Position numbers and translations under genes: made by a program. 64,000 nucleotides of DNA from an uncultured Candidatus Saccharibacteria bacterium. Lineage in GTDB: Bacteria > Patescibacteriota > Minisyncoccia > Phycocordibacterales > PALSA-1337. The notes under the pieces were generated by a model, which saw only the letters and a program-made list of their open reading frames with translations, made no database searches and had not been told where the DNA came from. Of this stretch, positions 1 to 8,743 are shown in pieces. Every line of letters begins with the position of its first letter. Position 1 is the stretch's first letter. The DNA is taken from NCBI GenBank assembly GCA_964389975.1, contig CAYMGJ010000001.1:22240-86239 (forward strand), written 5' to 3'.

Positions 1-227
1 ATGCGGGTAGATTATTTGTTTATTATAGCCCCAAATTAAATACTTGTATCTCTGGCTATCAGCTAGATGTATTAAATTTTGAAATAGACGACGATAGAAG
101 TTCTATAAAAAATATTCTTACAGGTGAGACTCTCTTTAATTTCGATAATTACAATGAATATTTAGAAAAGATTGAGGAGCTTACTCGACCATCAATTTTT
201 ATGATTGATAAATATTTAAATGATTAA
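1..227 (+). CDS. hypothetical protein, 3' fragment (5' end outside window)
   Basis: Open frame from window edge (frame 3) to TAA at 225-227; no recognisable motif. Confidence 0.25.
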   Translation, partial: AGRLFVYYSPKLNTCISGYQLDVLNFEIDDDRSSIKNILTGETLFNFDNYNEYLEKIEELTRPSIFMIDKYLND

Positions 228-444
228 TAAAATACTCTTCCAAGCTAAAAGAAATAAAATTGTACTTCTTGCGATACTAGTTGTAATAAGTTTTTATTGG
301 TATTCTCTAAGACCATATTTAATAGTTAAGAAATGCATTCAGTTAGCTAATGACAAGGTCGACAATATTCGTGGTGATCAGACGGATGTAAGATATTTTT
401 TTGGAAATGTGAAAAACAAAATGGCATATCTAATTAACAAGTAA
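220..444 (+). CDS. small hypothetical membrane protein (74 aa, one hydrophobic helix)
   Basis: ORF track; hydrophobic stretch IVLLAILVVISFYWY. Confidence 0.3.
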   Translation: MINKILFQAKRNKIVLLAILVVISFYWYSLRPYLIVKKCIQLANDKVDNIRGDQTDVRYFFGNVKNKMAYLINK

Positions 445-479
445 AATGACTCGCCGGATTAGATTATGCAGAAACAGAT

Positions 480-824
480 ATGATTAATAGGGTTATTGAT
501 TTAGCTAAGCGAGCAAAAGAAATATATATGAAGCGATCCCCGGAAGAAAAGAGATTACTTCTGAGTCATATTTTTTCGAACTCGATGCTAAAAGATCAGA
601 AGGTGGCTTATACACTTACTAAAAATGTAGAGTGTATTACTCAGAGGGTCCAAGAGAAATTAGATAGTGAAAAAGTCTTAGAACCGAACAAGTGTGGCCC
701 TACTAAAGGGCAAAAGGACTCTTTTGAGTCCATCTGTTCTGCTATGTTCTCCTTGCAGGACAATTTTCAGACAATATTTAAGATATGGTTATGTGTAATT
801 TATGCAAGACCTCGTCTATATTAA
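480..824 (+). CDS. hypothetical protein (114 aa)
   Basis: ORF track; no recognisable motif. Confidence 0.3.
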   Translation: MINRVIDLAKRAKEIYMKRSPEEKRLLLSHIFSNSMLKDQKVAYTLTKNVECITQRVQEKLDSEKVLEPNKCGPTKGQKDSFESICSAMFSLQDNFQTIFKIWLCVIYARPRLY

Positions 825-856
825 AATTCGTCATTATCTATGATAATATATAATCT

Positions 857-1552
857 ATGAAGGATCTTATTCATAAGAATTTTTTTTTGATCGAGGATCT
901 TTCTTTTGATATTCTATACTCCCTACTTAGAAGGATGTTGTGCCTACCAATTAGATTTCTATGGATAAAAAACGTTGTCGGCTTTGATAAAATTCCTAAA
1001 AAGGGTGGGGTTATACTAGCAATGAATCATCAAAGCTACTTTGATTTTCTTTGTTTAGCTGCCGTGTCTCCTAGAAATATACACTTCCTTGCTGCTGAAA
1101 AATTTTTCGAGCACTGGTTGTGGAGGTATCTCATGAAGGTAACAAAACAGGTTAGGGTTAATAGATTTGAAACTGATAAAAAGGAGATGCATAATCTTGT
1201 TCATGATCACTTAGAACAGAAAAGGGTGATTGGAATTTTTCCTGAGGGGACAAGATCACCGCACGAACATGAAATGTTAAAAGCTTTTACTGGTGTTGCT
1301 CAGTATGGACTTTTAAAAAAAGTTCCAATTATCCCCATCGGTATAAAGGGGACATTTTCTGTTATGTCTAAATATGATAGAAGGCCTCATCTAGTAAAAA
1401 GAGTAGAGATAATTATCGGGGATCCTATACATTTTCTTGAATATCACAAAAGAAATGATTTGACCCATGTTGATTATAATGCCGTTACTCACAAGGTAAT
1501 GAAAGAAATATCAATTCTTTCTGGAAAATCTTATCCACATAAACATGATTAA
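857..1552 (+). CDS. plsC: 1-acyl-sn-glycerol-3-phosphate acyltransferase family (PlsC-like)
   Basis: Acyltransferase HX4D motif (NHQSYFD) and FPEGTRS motif in translation. Confidence 0.75.
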   Translation: MKDLIHKNFFLIEDLSFDILYSLLRRMLCLPIRFLWIKNVVGFDKIPKKGGVILAMNHQSYFDFLCLAAVSPRNIHFLAAEKFFEHWLWRYLMKVTKQVRVNRFETDKKEMHNLVHDHLEQKRVIGIFPEGTRSPHEHEMLKAFTGVAQYGLLKKVPIIPIGIKGTFSVMSKYDRRPHLVKRVEIIIGDPIHFLEYHKRNDLTHVDYNAVTHKVMKEISILSGKSYPHKHD

Positions 1553-2255
1553 ATATAAAAAAGTTGCTTTTTTGGATTTTGATGGAACTTTGATTAATGG
1601 TCAAAGTCAGAGATATTTAATTAGATATTTTTTTAAGAAAGACATTATTAGTTTTTTTAGATATTTCGTAGTATTGATTTGGTTTTTATTTTTTAAATTT
1701 TTAAATTTCAAAGATACAAAGGGAATATTGGAATTTGCAGTTTCTGGAATTTCTGGAAAAAATAAGGATTACATCTCTCAAGTTTTTGATAATTTTTTTA
1801 ATTCTGAATGTAAGTGTTTAATATATAGGAATAGTAAAAATTTAGTTAGAATCTTGAAACAGAAAGGTTTTTATGTCATCCTTTTTTCAAGCGCAATTGA
1901 TGATCTGGTTAACAGAGCGTCTATTTTTCTTGAGTGCAATGAACATATATCAACTAAACTAGAAGTAAAAAATAATTGTTATACAGGTAGAATTGATGGA
2001 GATGTTTTGTATGGTAAAAATAAGACAAAGGTATTTCTTGATTATATTTATAAAAATAAAATTGATCTTAACTATACATATGCATTTGCAGATCATTTTT
2101 CTGATCTCAATTTATTATTAAAGGTTGGACACCCCATCCCGACTAACCCTTCTAGACAACTGTGGAAATATGCGAATAAAAATAACTGGCCCGTGTTATA
2201 CTTAGATAATAATGAATCTTTTCAGTATTTCGAGTCTAATATTGTGTCTGAGTAG
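1545..2255 (+). CDS. HAD-superfamily hydrolase (HAD-IB/phosphoserine-phosphatase-like)
   Basis: N-terminal DxDGT motif (VAFLDFDGTLING); HAD-like organisation. Confidence 0.65.
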   Translation: MIKYKKVAFLDFDGTLINGQSQRYLIRYFFKKDIISFFRYFVVLIWFLFFKFLNFKDTKGILEFAVSGISGKNKDYISQVFDNFFNSECKCLIYRNSKNLVRILKQKGFYVILFSSAIDDLVNRASIFLECNEHISTKLEVKNNCYTGRIDGDVLYGKNKTKVFLDYIYKNKIDLNYTYAFADHFSDLNLLLKVGHPIPTNPSRQLWKYANKNNWPVLYLDNNESFQYFESNIVSE

Positions 2256-3810
2256 TATTGCGTTCAGTTTTATTATCTATAGAACAGACCGAACAAATAA
2301 AATAAATAAATCATGGTTTTATTCATGCATTTCCTTTTCCCTGTGGGCACTTGGGTTGACCGGTGTGACTTTGTCTAAAATGGAAAGTTCAGCGATTTTT
2401 TGGCAGTATTTATTGGATGTGTCAGCAATATTTCTTCCTTTCTTCTATCTTGTCTTTATTTTTAATCTCTTGAAGTTAAAAAAGATATCTATAATCTATC
2501 TTTTTGCATTAATTGCATCCGGACTTGCTTTGTTCAGTTTTACTCCGCTATTTAAACACGGGGTAACAGTACTCTATGGTTTTTATTGGATTAAACCAGG
2601 TGAATATTATATAGTTTTCCCAGCATATTTTTTATCAGTTGCTGTAATAACTCTGGGGTTATTAATAAGGCAATATTTTATATATAAAAAAGATAGCTTA
2701 TTAAGATCTCAAATTAGGAATACTCTAATAGCAGGAATTATTGGCTATACTGGTGGGCTTACAAATTTTTTTCCACAATTATTTAGTATCTATCCCTATG
2801 GGAATTATCTAGTTATTCTTTATATAGTTTTCATGGTTTATGGGGTTTTAAAATATAAACTTCTTAGTACCAAGGTCATTTCTGCACAAATATTCTCTAC
2901 TGCTCTTATATTGGTATCTCTGTTTAATCTTTTAAAATCAGAGCAAATTAATGATTGGTTGTTAAATTTTTTGATCCTCCTTCTTATTTCAGTCTTCAGT
3001 TATTTTTTGATAAATAGTGTGAATGAAGAAGTAAGAGCCCGCGAAAAAATAGAAAAACTAGCAACTGATCTCAAGGTGGCAAATACACGTTTAGTCGAAC
3101 TTGATAAACAAAAATCTGAGTTCGTATCATTTGCAACCCATCAGCTTAGAGCTCCTCTTACTGCAATGAAGGGATACACCTCTCTTATGCTTGAAAACGA
3201 AATGGGGACTCTTTCAGCTGAGGTTCGCACTGCTATTTCTCGCATTTATGAATCAGCCAAGACTCTAACTTCTATAGTTGATGACTATCTCAATATTTCT
3301 CGTATTGAGCTCGGTACTATGAAATACGCTTTCTCGGTTCTCGATCTAAAAGTTATGGTTTCTAATGTTATCGGAGAACTTAAGCCTAATATTGAGAAAA
3401 GCGGTCTTGTTACATCTTTTTCAACATCTCCATCAGGAGAATCTGAACGATTTATGGTCCGAGCCGATCAAGACAAACTTAAACAGGTTATAGCTAATCT
3501 CATTGATAATTCAATTAAATACACTCCTCAAGGTTCTCTTAACATATCTCTCATTAAGGATACGGATAAGAGAATAATTACATTTAAGATAAAGGATACA
3601 GGGGTAGGTATCGCCCCTGAGGTTATGCCGAAACTTTTCTCAAAATTTGTTCGTGCTGATAATGCTAATAAGCAAAATATCTATGGAACAGGTCTTGGAC
3701 TCTTTGTGGCAAAAGAGATAGTACTGGCTCATCATGGAAAGATCTGGGCTGAGTCTGAGGGGGATGGAAAGGGTAGTTGTTTCTATGTTGAGTTAGAAAT
3801 GTCAGTATAG
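2212..3810 (+). CDS. membrane sensor histidine kinase (multi-TM N-terminus, HisKA + HATPase_c)
   Basis: H-box FVSFATHQLRAPLTAMKGY; G-box GTGLGLFVAKEIV; multiple N-terminal hydrophobic helices. Confidence 0.85.
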   Translation: MNLFSISSLILCLSSIAFSFIIYRTDRTNKINKSWFYSCISFSLWALGLTGVTLSKMESSAIFWQYLLDVSAIFLPFFYLVFIFNLLKLKKISIIYLFALIASGLALFSFTPLFKHGVTVLYGFYWIKPGEYYIVFPAYFLSVAVITLGLLIRQYFIYKKDSLLRSQIRNTLIAGIIGYTGGLTNFFPQLFSIYPYGNYLVILYIVFMVYGVLKYKLLSTKVISAQIFSTALILVSLFNLLKSEQINDWLLNFLILLLISVFSYFLINSVNEEVRAREKIEKLATDLKVANTRLVELDKQKSEFVSFATHQLRAPLTAMKGYTSLMLENEMGTLSAEVRTAISRIYESAKTLTSIVDDYLNISRIELGTMKYAFSVLDLKVMVSNVIGELKPNIEKSGLVTSFSTSPSGESERFMVRADQDKLKQVIANLIDNSIKYTPQGSLNISLIKDTDKRIITFKIKDTGVGIAPEVMPKLFSKFVRADNANKQNIYGTGLGLFVAKEIVLAHHGKIWAESEGDGKGSCFYVELEMSV

Positions 3811-3815
3811 TTTCT

Positions 3816-4703
3816 TTGTCTAATGTTATATTATTGTTACAATCAGAATATGAAATCAAGAGGCTTTTTACACTCATTGAACTTCTCGTAGTTATATCTG
3901 TCATATCACTTCTCTCAAGTGTTGTGCTTGCTGTAACAAATACAGCTCGTGAACGTGCACGTATTGCCGCTTCACAGACATTCAGTGGATATAATTTTCG
4001 AAATCTAGGTGCTGAAGCAGCTTTTTCTTTTAATTTCGATGAAGGAACTGGTCTTGTAACAAATGATTTCTTTAATAACTATAGTGCAAACCTCATCAAT
4101 GTTAACTGGAGTGCTGAAACACAAAACAACAAGGGGAGTTCCATGTATTTCCCTGGAATTGGTCCAGGGGCAGGGGCTGCAAATCAATATGTGTATATAA
4201 CCGGTCCAGGAGGGGTTCCTAAACAGGTGATGGTACCTACAGTTGTTACTGTGTCGGGGTGGATAAAGACAGCAACAGATTCATATGGAACTGTTTTTAC
4301 CAATAGAGGAAGTAGTGATACAGGCGTTGCGGGTAGTGGTAAATTTGCCTTCCTCATTACCACAAAAAGACTGTATATATATGCAAACAATGGGACGCCG
4401 TCCCTCTCCATGATTTCTCAGAAAGCAATTGCTGATAACAAATGGCATCATGTTGCATTTACATCAGATGGAACTCTTTGGATTCTTTATATAGACGGAA
4501 AAGAAGATTCTCGAATGGTTAATACCATGGGAGGAACGGCAGGGTGGGGAAGAATTGGGGCTGATGGCGCCTACTACACAACAGGATATCTTGATGACGT
4601 TAGTCTCTACAATCAATCCCTCACCTCTTCACAGATTGAATATCTCTACGCACAGGGAGTTGATTCTCATAGGGATTTTGCATCATCTCCTTCATATCGA
4701 TAA
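3816..4703 (+). CDS. type IV pilin-like (pseudopilin) protein with LamG/concanavalin-like domain; frame problem at 5' end (see findings)
   Basis: FTLIELLVVISVISLL prepilin N-terminal helix; WHHVAFTSDGTLWILYIDGKE laminin-G-like segment. ORF track starts at TTG 3816 with no RBS. ATG 3850 gives MKSRGF but is out of frame because of a T5 run at 3865-3869. Confidence 0.65.
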   Translation: MSNVILLLQSEYEIKRLFTLIELLVVISVISLLSSVVLAVTNTARERARIAASQTFSGYNFRNLGAEAAFSFNFDEGTGLVTNDFFNNYSANLINVNWSAETQNNKGSSMYFPGIGPGAGAANQYVYITGPGGVPKQVMVPTVVTVSGWIKTATDSYGTVFTNRGSSDTGVAGSGKFAFLITTKRLYIYANNGTPSLSMISQKAIADNKWHHVAFTSDGTLWILYIDGKEDSRMVNTMGGTAGWGRIGADGAYYTTGYLDDVSLYNQSLTSSQIEYLYAQGVDSHRDFASSPSYR

Positions 4704-4722
4704 TTAATGATATACTAACTTT

Positions 4723-5172
4723 ATGAAAATACTTTTAGCGACAGATCATGCTGGTTTTAATTTAAAAAATGACATAAAAGACTTCCTTACCACGGAAGGT
4801 TTTGAAGTTGAAGATATGGGTGCTCACGTTCTCGATCCTGAAGATCACTATCCTGAGATTATGGTCCCTCTTGCTATGCGACTTCTTCAGTCAGAAACAG
4901 GTACACGTGCAATTGTTTTTGGAAAATCTGGACAAGGAGAAGCTATGCTCATGAATCGTTTTCCTGGTGTTCGAACCGCTGTTTACTATGGAAAAAATAT
5001 TGATATTATTAGACTTTCTCGTGAGCATAATGATGCAAACGTTCTTTCTCTTGCTGCTGGTTTCCTTACCCCTGAAGAAGCACGGGAAGCTGTGAAGCTC
5101 TGGATTTCAACACCATTTAGTGGTGATGCGCGACATGTGAAGAGAAATACCATGCTTGATACGATAGAATAA
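4723..5172 (+). CDS. rpiB: ribose-5-phosphate isomerase B
   Basis: MKILLATDHAGFNLK N-terminus characteristic of RpiB/LacAB family; size 149 aa. Confidence 0.85.
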   Translation: MKILLATDHAGFNLKNDIKDFLTTEGFEVEDMGAHVLDPEDHYPEIMVPLAMRLLQSETGTRAIVFGKSGQGEAMLMNRFPGVRTAVYYGKNIDIIRLSREHNDANVLSLAAGFLTPEEAREAVKLWISTPFSGDARHVKRNTMLDTIE

Positions 5173-5177
5173 AATAT

Positions 5178-5843
5178 ATGAAAATAGTACCCGCCATACT
5201 TCCTAAAGATTTTGCTGAACTTGAAGAGAAAATAGAATTAATTCACGGAGCTGTTCATGCTGTACAGGTTGATATTTGTGATGGAAAATTTGTCCCTTCT
5301 TCAACGTGGCCATACAAGAAACATGATGAAAATTTTGAATCAATCTTACGCGAAGAGAGAGGTATGCCTGCATGGGAAGATATTGATTATGAATTTGACC
5401 TCATGATCTCAAATCCTTCTGAAGATGATGCACGAACATGGATATCTGCAGGAGCTGCTCGAATCATTCTTCATGTTGAATCTTCTCCTGATCTCACCCC
5501 TGTACTCAAAATTCTTCACGGTCTTGTTGAGGTTGGTATTGCACTTAATATCGACACACCTACATCAGATATTCTTAAGTACAAGGAATATATTCAAGTT
5601 GTTCAGTGCATGGGTATTCGAAGAATTGGATATCAAGGTGAAGCTTTTGATGAAAGGGTGCTTACAAAAATACATGAAGTAAAGGAAATATTGCCCGGTA
5701 TTCCTGTTTCTGTCGATGGGGGAGTTTCTCTCGATACTGTCACAATGCTAAAGGATGCTGGTGTTGATACTGTTGTTGTGGGTTCTGCTCTTTTCTCAAG
5801 TGATGATATTATTCACACTATCGCAGAATTAAAACGTATTTAA
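5178..5843 (+). CDS. rpe: ribulose-phosphate 3-epimerase-like
   Basis: IVPAILPKDFAEL and DICDGKFVP motifs resembling Rpe (PSIL.ADFA / DVMDGHFVP); pentose-phosphate neighbourhood. Confidence 0.65.
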   Translation: MKIVPAILPKDFAELEEKIELIHGAVHAVQVDICDGKFVPSSTWPYKKHDENFESILREERGMPAWEDIDYEFDLMISNPSEDDARTWISAGAARIILHVESSPDLTPVLKILHGLVEVGIALNIDTPTSDILKYKEYIQVVQCMGIRRIGYQGEAFDERVLTKIHEVKEILPGIPVSVDGGVSLDTVTMLKDAGVDTVVVGSALFSSDDIIHTIAELKRI

Positions 5844-6716
5844 GTGCTACAATATACGGGTATGTCATTACCTCGTCTAACTGAAGAAAAAGTTCAATTT
5901 CTCTTTGAGAAAGCTCTCGATGTACGACGTTCTGTTATACAAATGCTCATCGAGGCTCAGAGTGGGCACACTGCTGGACCTCTCGGTATGGCAGATATAT
6001 TTGTCTATCTCTATTTCCATGCCTTACAGCATGATCCTAAAAATCCAGCTTGGCCATATCGTGATCGTTTCGTTCTTTCTAATGGTCATATTTGCCCAGT
6101 TCTCTATGCTACGATGGCTCATGCAGGATATTTCCCTGTATCAGAACTTTCAACCTTACGAAAATTTGGTTCAAAACTCCAAGGACATCCTCATCGAGAG
6201 TTTCTTCCTGCCCTTGAGAATTCTTCGGGTCCTTTAGGTTCTGGACTCTCTCAGATTGTGGGAATGGCATTGGCTGAGCGTATTGATTTTGGTAGAACCT
6301 CAGGAAAACAATTTGTTGCTGTAACGGGAGATGGAGAACTTGATGAAGGGCAAAATTGGGAAGCAATTCTTCTTGCGGGTAAAGAGAAGATTCAAAATAT
6401 TACTGTTTTCATTGATCGTAACAATATACAAATTGATGGATTCACTGAAGACGTCATGCCCCTTAATCCTCTTGGAGACAAATTCCGTGCTTTCAATTGG
6501 CATGTACAAGAAGTTGATGGCCATAATTTCCGTGCTATCGATGAGGCATACACACAGGCACTTTCTGTTTTCGACAAACCTTCAGTTATTATCGCAAATA
6601 CCATTTCATCAAAGGGAATACCTGAGTTTGAACGAAAGTTTGAATGGCATGGTAAGCCACCAACAACTCCAGAAGAGATTCTCATAGCTCGGAAAGCTTT
6701 GGGAATTAGGGTGTAG
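5844..6716 (+). CDS. tkt: transketolase, N-terminal (TPP-binding) subunit
   Basis: GHTAGPLGMADIF, SNGHICPVLYA, GDGELDEGQNWEA motifs; split-gene form. Confidence 0.85.
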   Translation: MLQYTGMSLPRLTEEKVQFLFEKALDVRRSVIQMLIEAQSGHTAGPLGMADIFVYLYFHALQHDPKNPAWPYRDRFVLSNGHICPVLYATMAHAGYFPVSELSTLRKFGSKLQGHPHREFLPALENSSGPLGSGLSQIVGMALAERIDFGRTSGKQFVAVTGDGELDEGQNWEAILLAGKEKIQNITVFIDRNNIQIDGFTEDVMPLNPLGDKFRAFNWHVQEVDGHNFRAIDEAYTQALSVFDKPSVIIANTISSKGIPEFERKFEWHGKPPTTPEEILIARKALGIRV

Positions 6717-6746
6717 AGAAAAAACTCACTCAACATTAATTATTAA

Positions 6747-6866
6747 AAGAGTCTCGGTATTGCACAATCTGCTTTGGCACGTTTTGAATCAGGACGTGGA
6801 AATCCAACTCTGTTATTTTTACAAAAGATCACCTCAGGTCTCGGACTCAAACTCACAGTCATCTAA
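6747..6866 (+). pseudogene. remnant of an XRE-family helix-turn-helix regulator (C-terminal half of HTH only, no start codon)
   Basis: In-frame translation KSLGIAQSALARFESGRGNPTLLFLQKITSGLGLKLTVI* matches HTH_XRE helix 3 and following; bounded upstream by TAA. Confidence 0.4.
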
Positions 6867-6881
6867 TTTGTCTTTGTAAAC

Positions 6882-7151
6882 TTGGTGTATAATAGAGGGA
6901 TGATGCGAAACTTTGAAATCATTTTAAAAATTGCCTTTCTTGCAGGATCTATTGTGTTTCTTTTTACAAAAGATTTTAATTCTGTTGGTTTTCTCATATT
7001 TCTCATTGTCTGTGCTGTACTTGGTTGTGTTCTTGTTGTTAACAAAGATTCCAGCTATCACTATCCTCAAACACCTCGTGATTTAGTAATACGAAAGATT
7101 GAGGGCATTCTTCTTGTTGTGTTCTCGATAATTACCTTTATCTATGCTTAA
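6882..7151 (+). CDS. small hypothetical membrane protein (89 aa, 2-3 TM)
   Basis: ORF track; strongly hydrophobic; sits between the two transketolase genes. Confidence 0.35.
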   Translation: MVYNRGMMRNFEIILKIAFLAGSIVFLFTKDFNSVGFLIFLIVCAVLGCVLVVNKDSSYHYPQTPRDLVIRKIEGILLVVFSIITFIYA

Positions 7152-8148
7152 TCCTCATCAGAAACTTAATTCGAAGATATTTGATACTAATATTGAACAA
7201 GTTCCCATTCGTAAAGGATTTGGAGAAGGTCTTGTAATTGCTGGAGACATGAACAAAAATGTTGTGGGGCTCTGTGCTGACCTTACTGAATCAACACAAA
7301 TGCATCTCTTTAAAAACAAATACCCAGATCGCTTTATCGAAATTGGTATTGCAGAACAAAATCTTGCGAGTGTTGCTTCTGGAATGGCTGCTATGGGAAA
7401 AATTCCCTTCATAACTTCATATGCAATGTTTAGTCCTGGTAGAAACTGGGAACAGATACGTACTACCATCTGCTACAATGACCGACCTGTAAAGATTGCT
7501 GGTTCTCATGCAGGTATTTCTGTTGGTCCAGATGGAGGTACTCATCAGGCAATTGAAGATCTCGCCATTACTCGAGTCATTCCTAATATGGTAGTCATTT
7601 CTCCATGTGATGTTCATGAAGCCCGTAAAGCAACTATCGCATGTGCTCAAACTCCACACCCTACATATATTCGTCTTGCACGTGAGAAAACACCTGTCAT
7701 AACGACAGAAGAAACACCCTTTGAAATTGGGAAGGCACAACTTGTTTTTGAACCTCAGAATCATGAACGAGCAGAGATTGGTATCATTGCCACAGGTGCT
7801 CTTCTGTACAAAGCCCTTAAGGTTGCTCAAGAACTTGAAAATCAAGGCAAGAAGGTTAAGGTATTGAATCTTGCTACCATTAAACCTCTTGATGAAGATG
7901 CTGTATGGAGACTTGCTCATGAAGCTGGAGCCGTCGTTACCGTAGAGGAGCATCAAATTGCAGGAGGTATGGGTTCTGCAATTGCTGAATGTCTTGCTCG
8001 AAACTACCCAGTTCCAATGGAATTTGTTGGTGTGAAAGATCTTTTTGGTCAATCAGGTACACCCGATCAACTTCTCGAACATTACGGTATGGGGGAAAAG
8101 CATATTATGGAAGCTGTTAAAAAAGTATTGCTTCGAAAAGGGAAGTAG
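7144..8148 (+). CDS. tkt: transketolase, C-terminal (pyrimidine-binding) subunit
   Basis: IEIGIAEQNLASVASGMA, GSHAGISVGPDGGTHQAIEDLA motifs. Confidence 0.85.
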   Translation: MLNPHQKLNSKIFDTNIEQVPIRKGFGEGLVIAGDMNKNVVGLCADLTESTQMHLFKNKYPDRFIEIGIAEQNLASVASGMAAMGKIPFITSYAMFSPGRNWEQIRTTICYNDRPVKIAGSHAGISVGPDGGTHQAIEDLAITRVIPNMVVISPCDVHEARKATIACAQTPHPTYIRLAREKTPVITTEETPFEIGKAQLVFEPQNHERAEIGIIATGALLYKALKVAQELENQGKKVKVLNLATIKPLDEDAVWRLAHEAGAVVTVEEHQIAGGMGSAIAECLARNYPVPMEFVGVKDLFGQSGTPDQLLEHYGMGEKHIMEAVKKVLLRKGK

Positions 8149-8267
8149 GGTAGAATATTTGTTACATTATGATATTTTCATATGTCACATTCACTAAGCT
8201 TGTCATTGCCCGGGAATATATTTCCAGGTCTGGTGTTTGTGATGTATCTCTGTAAGTGATAGATTGC

Positions 8268-8310
8268 AAAAACGAGTTCTGGAAAAAAACCGGAACTCGT
8301 TTTGTATATA
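8268..8310 (+). terminator. rho-independent terminator after tkt genes
   Basis: 12-bp stem aacgagttctgg/ccggaactcgtt with A7 loop followed by T-rich tract. Confidence 0.6.
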
Positions 8311-8343
8311 GTGTACAAAATAGCTCTTCAACATGAGGTGTAT

Positions 8344-8679
8344 ATGCCAATTAATAGTCGTATCTATAGGAGGAAACAAGGAGATGCCTTGGTATCCACT
8401 CGGGATTCACAAGGATGGGTTCAGGAAGAGTCTGGTAATCGTGTACTGATGTTTCGATCGCAGTATGATCGAGATGTGTGGCTTGATGGGATGTCATATC
8501 AAGCCGAGCGGAGGAAAATTCTTTCAGAATACTCTGTCTTTAAGACACGTCATGGATATTGTCCTGCACAAAAAATCCCTAATTCTGTCGGGTATCAAAT
8601 GGTTCTTCGCCCGTCACAGCGTAGGGTTCCTGTAGTGTTTGACGGAGGCAGGTGGATACCTCTACGTATATCGCCATAG
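8344..8679 (+). CDS. hypothetical protein (111 aa), GC-shifted orphan
   Basis: GAGGTG RBS before ATG 8344; ORF track 8302..8679; own terminator downstream. Confidence 0.4.
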   Translation: MPINSRIYRRKQGDALVSTRDSQGWVQEESGNRVLMFRSQYDRDVWLDGMSYQAERRKILSEYSVFKTRHGYCPAQKIPNSVGYQMVLRPSQRRVPVVFDGGRWIPLRISP

Positions 8680-8696
8680 TTCACCTTCGTTTCAAA

Positions 8697-8733
8697 GACC
8701 GCACGGATTCGTCCATGCGGTTTTTTTATGCTA
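8697..8733 (+). terminator. rho-independent terminator
   Basis: accgcacgga-ttcg-tccatgcggt hairpin followed by T7. Confidence 0.65.
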
Positions 8734-8743
8734 ATCTATCCCT

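Noticed and set aside
7417-8052. 211-aa minus-strand ORF inside the transketolase C-subunit gene
   Set aside because: Antisense to a well-supported conserved gene; typical shadow ORF with no motif or RBS
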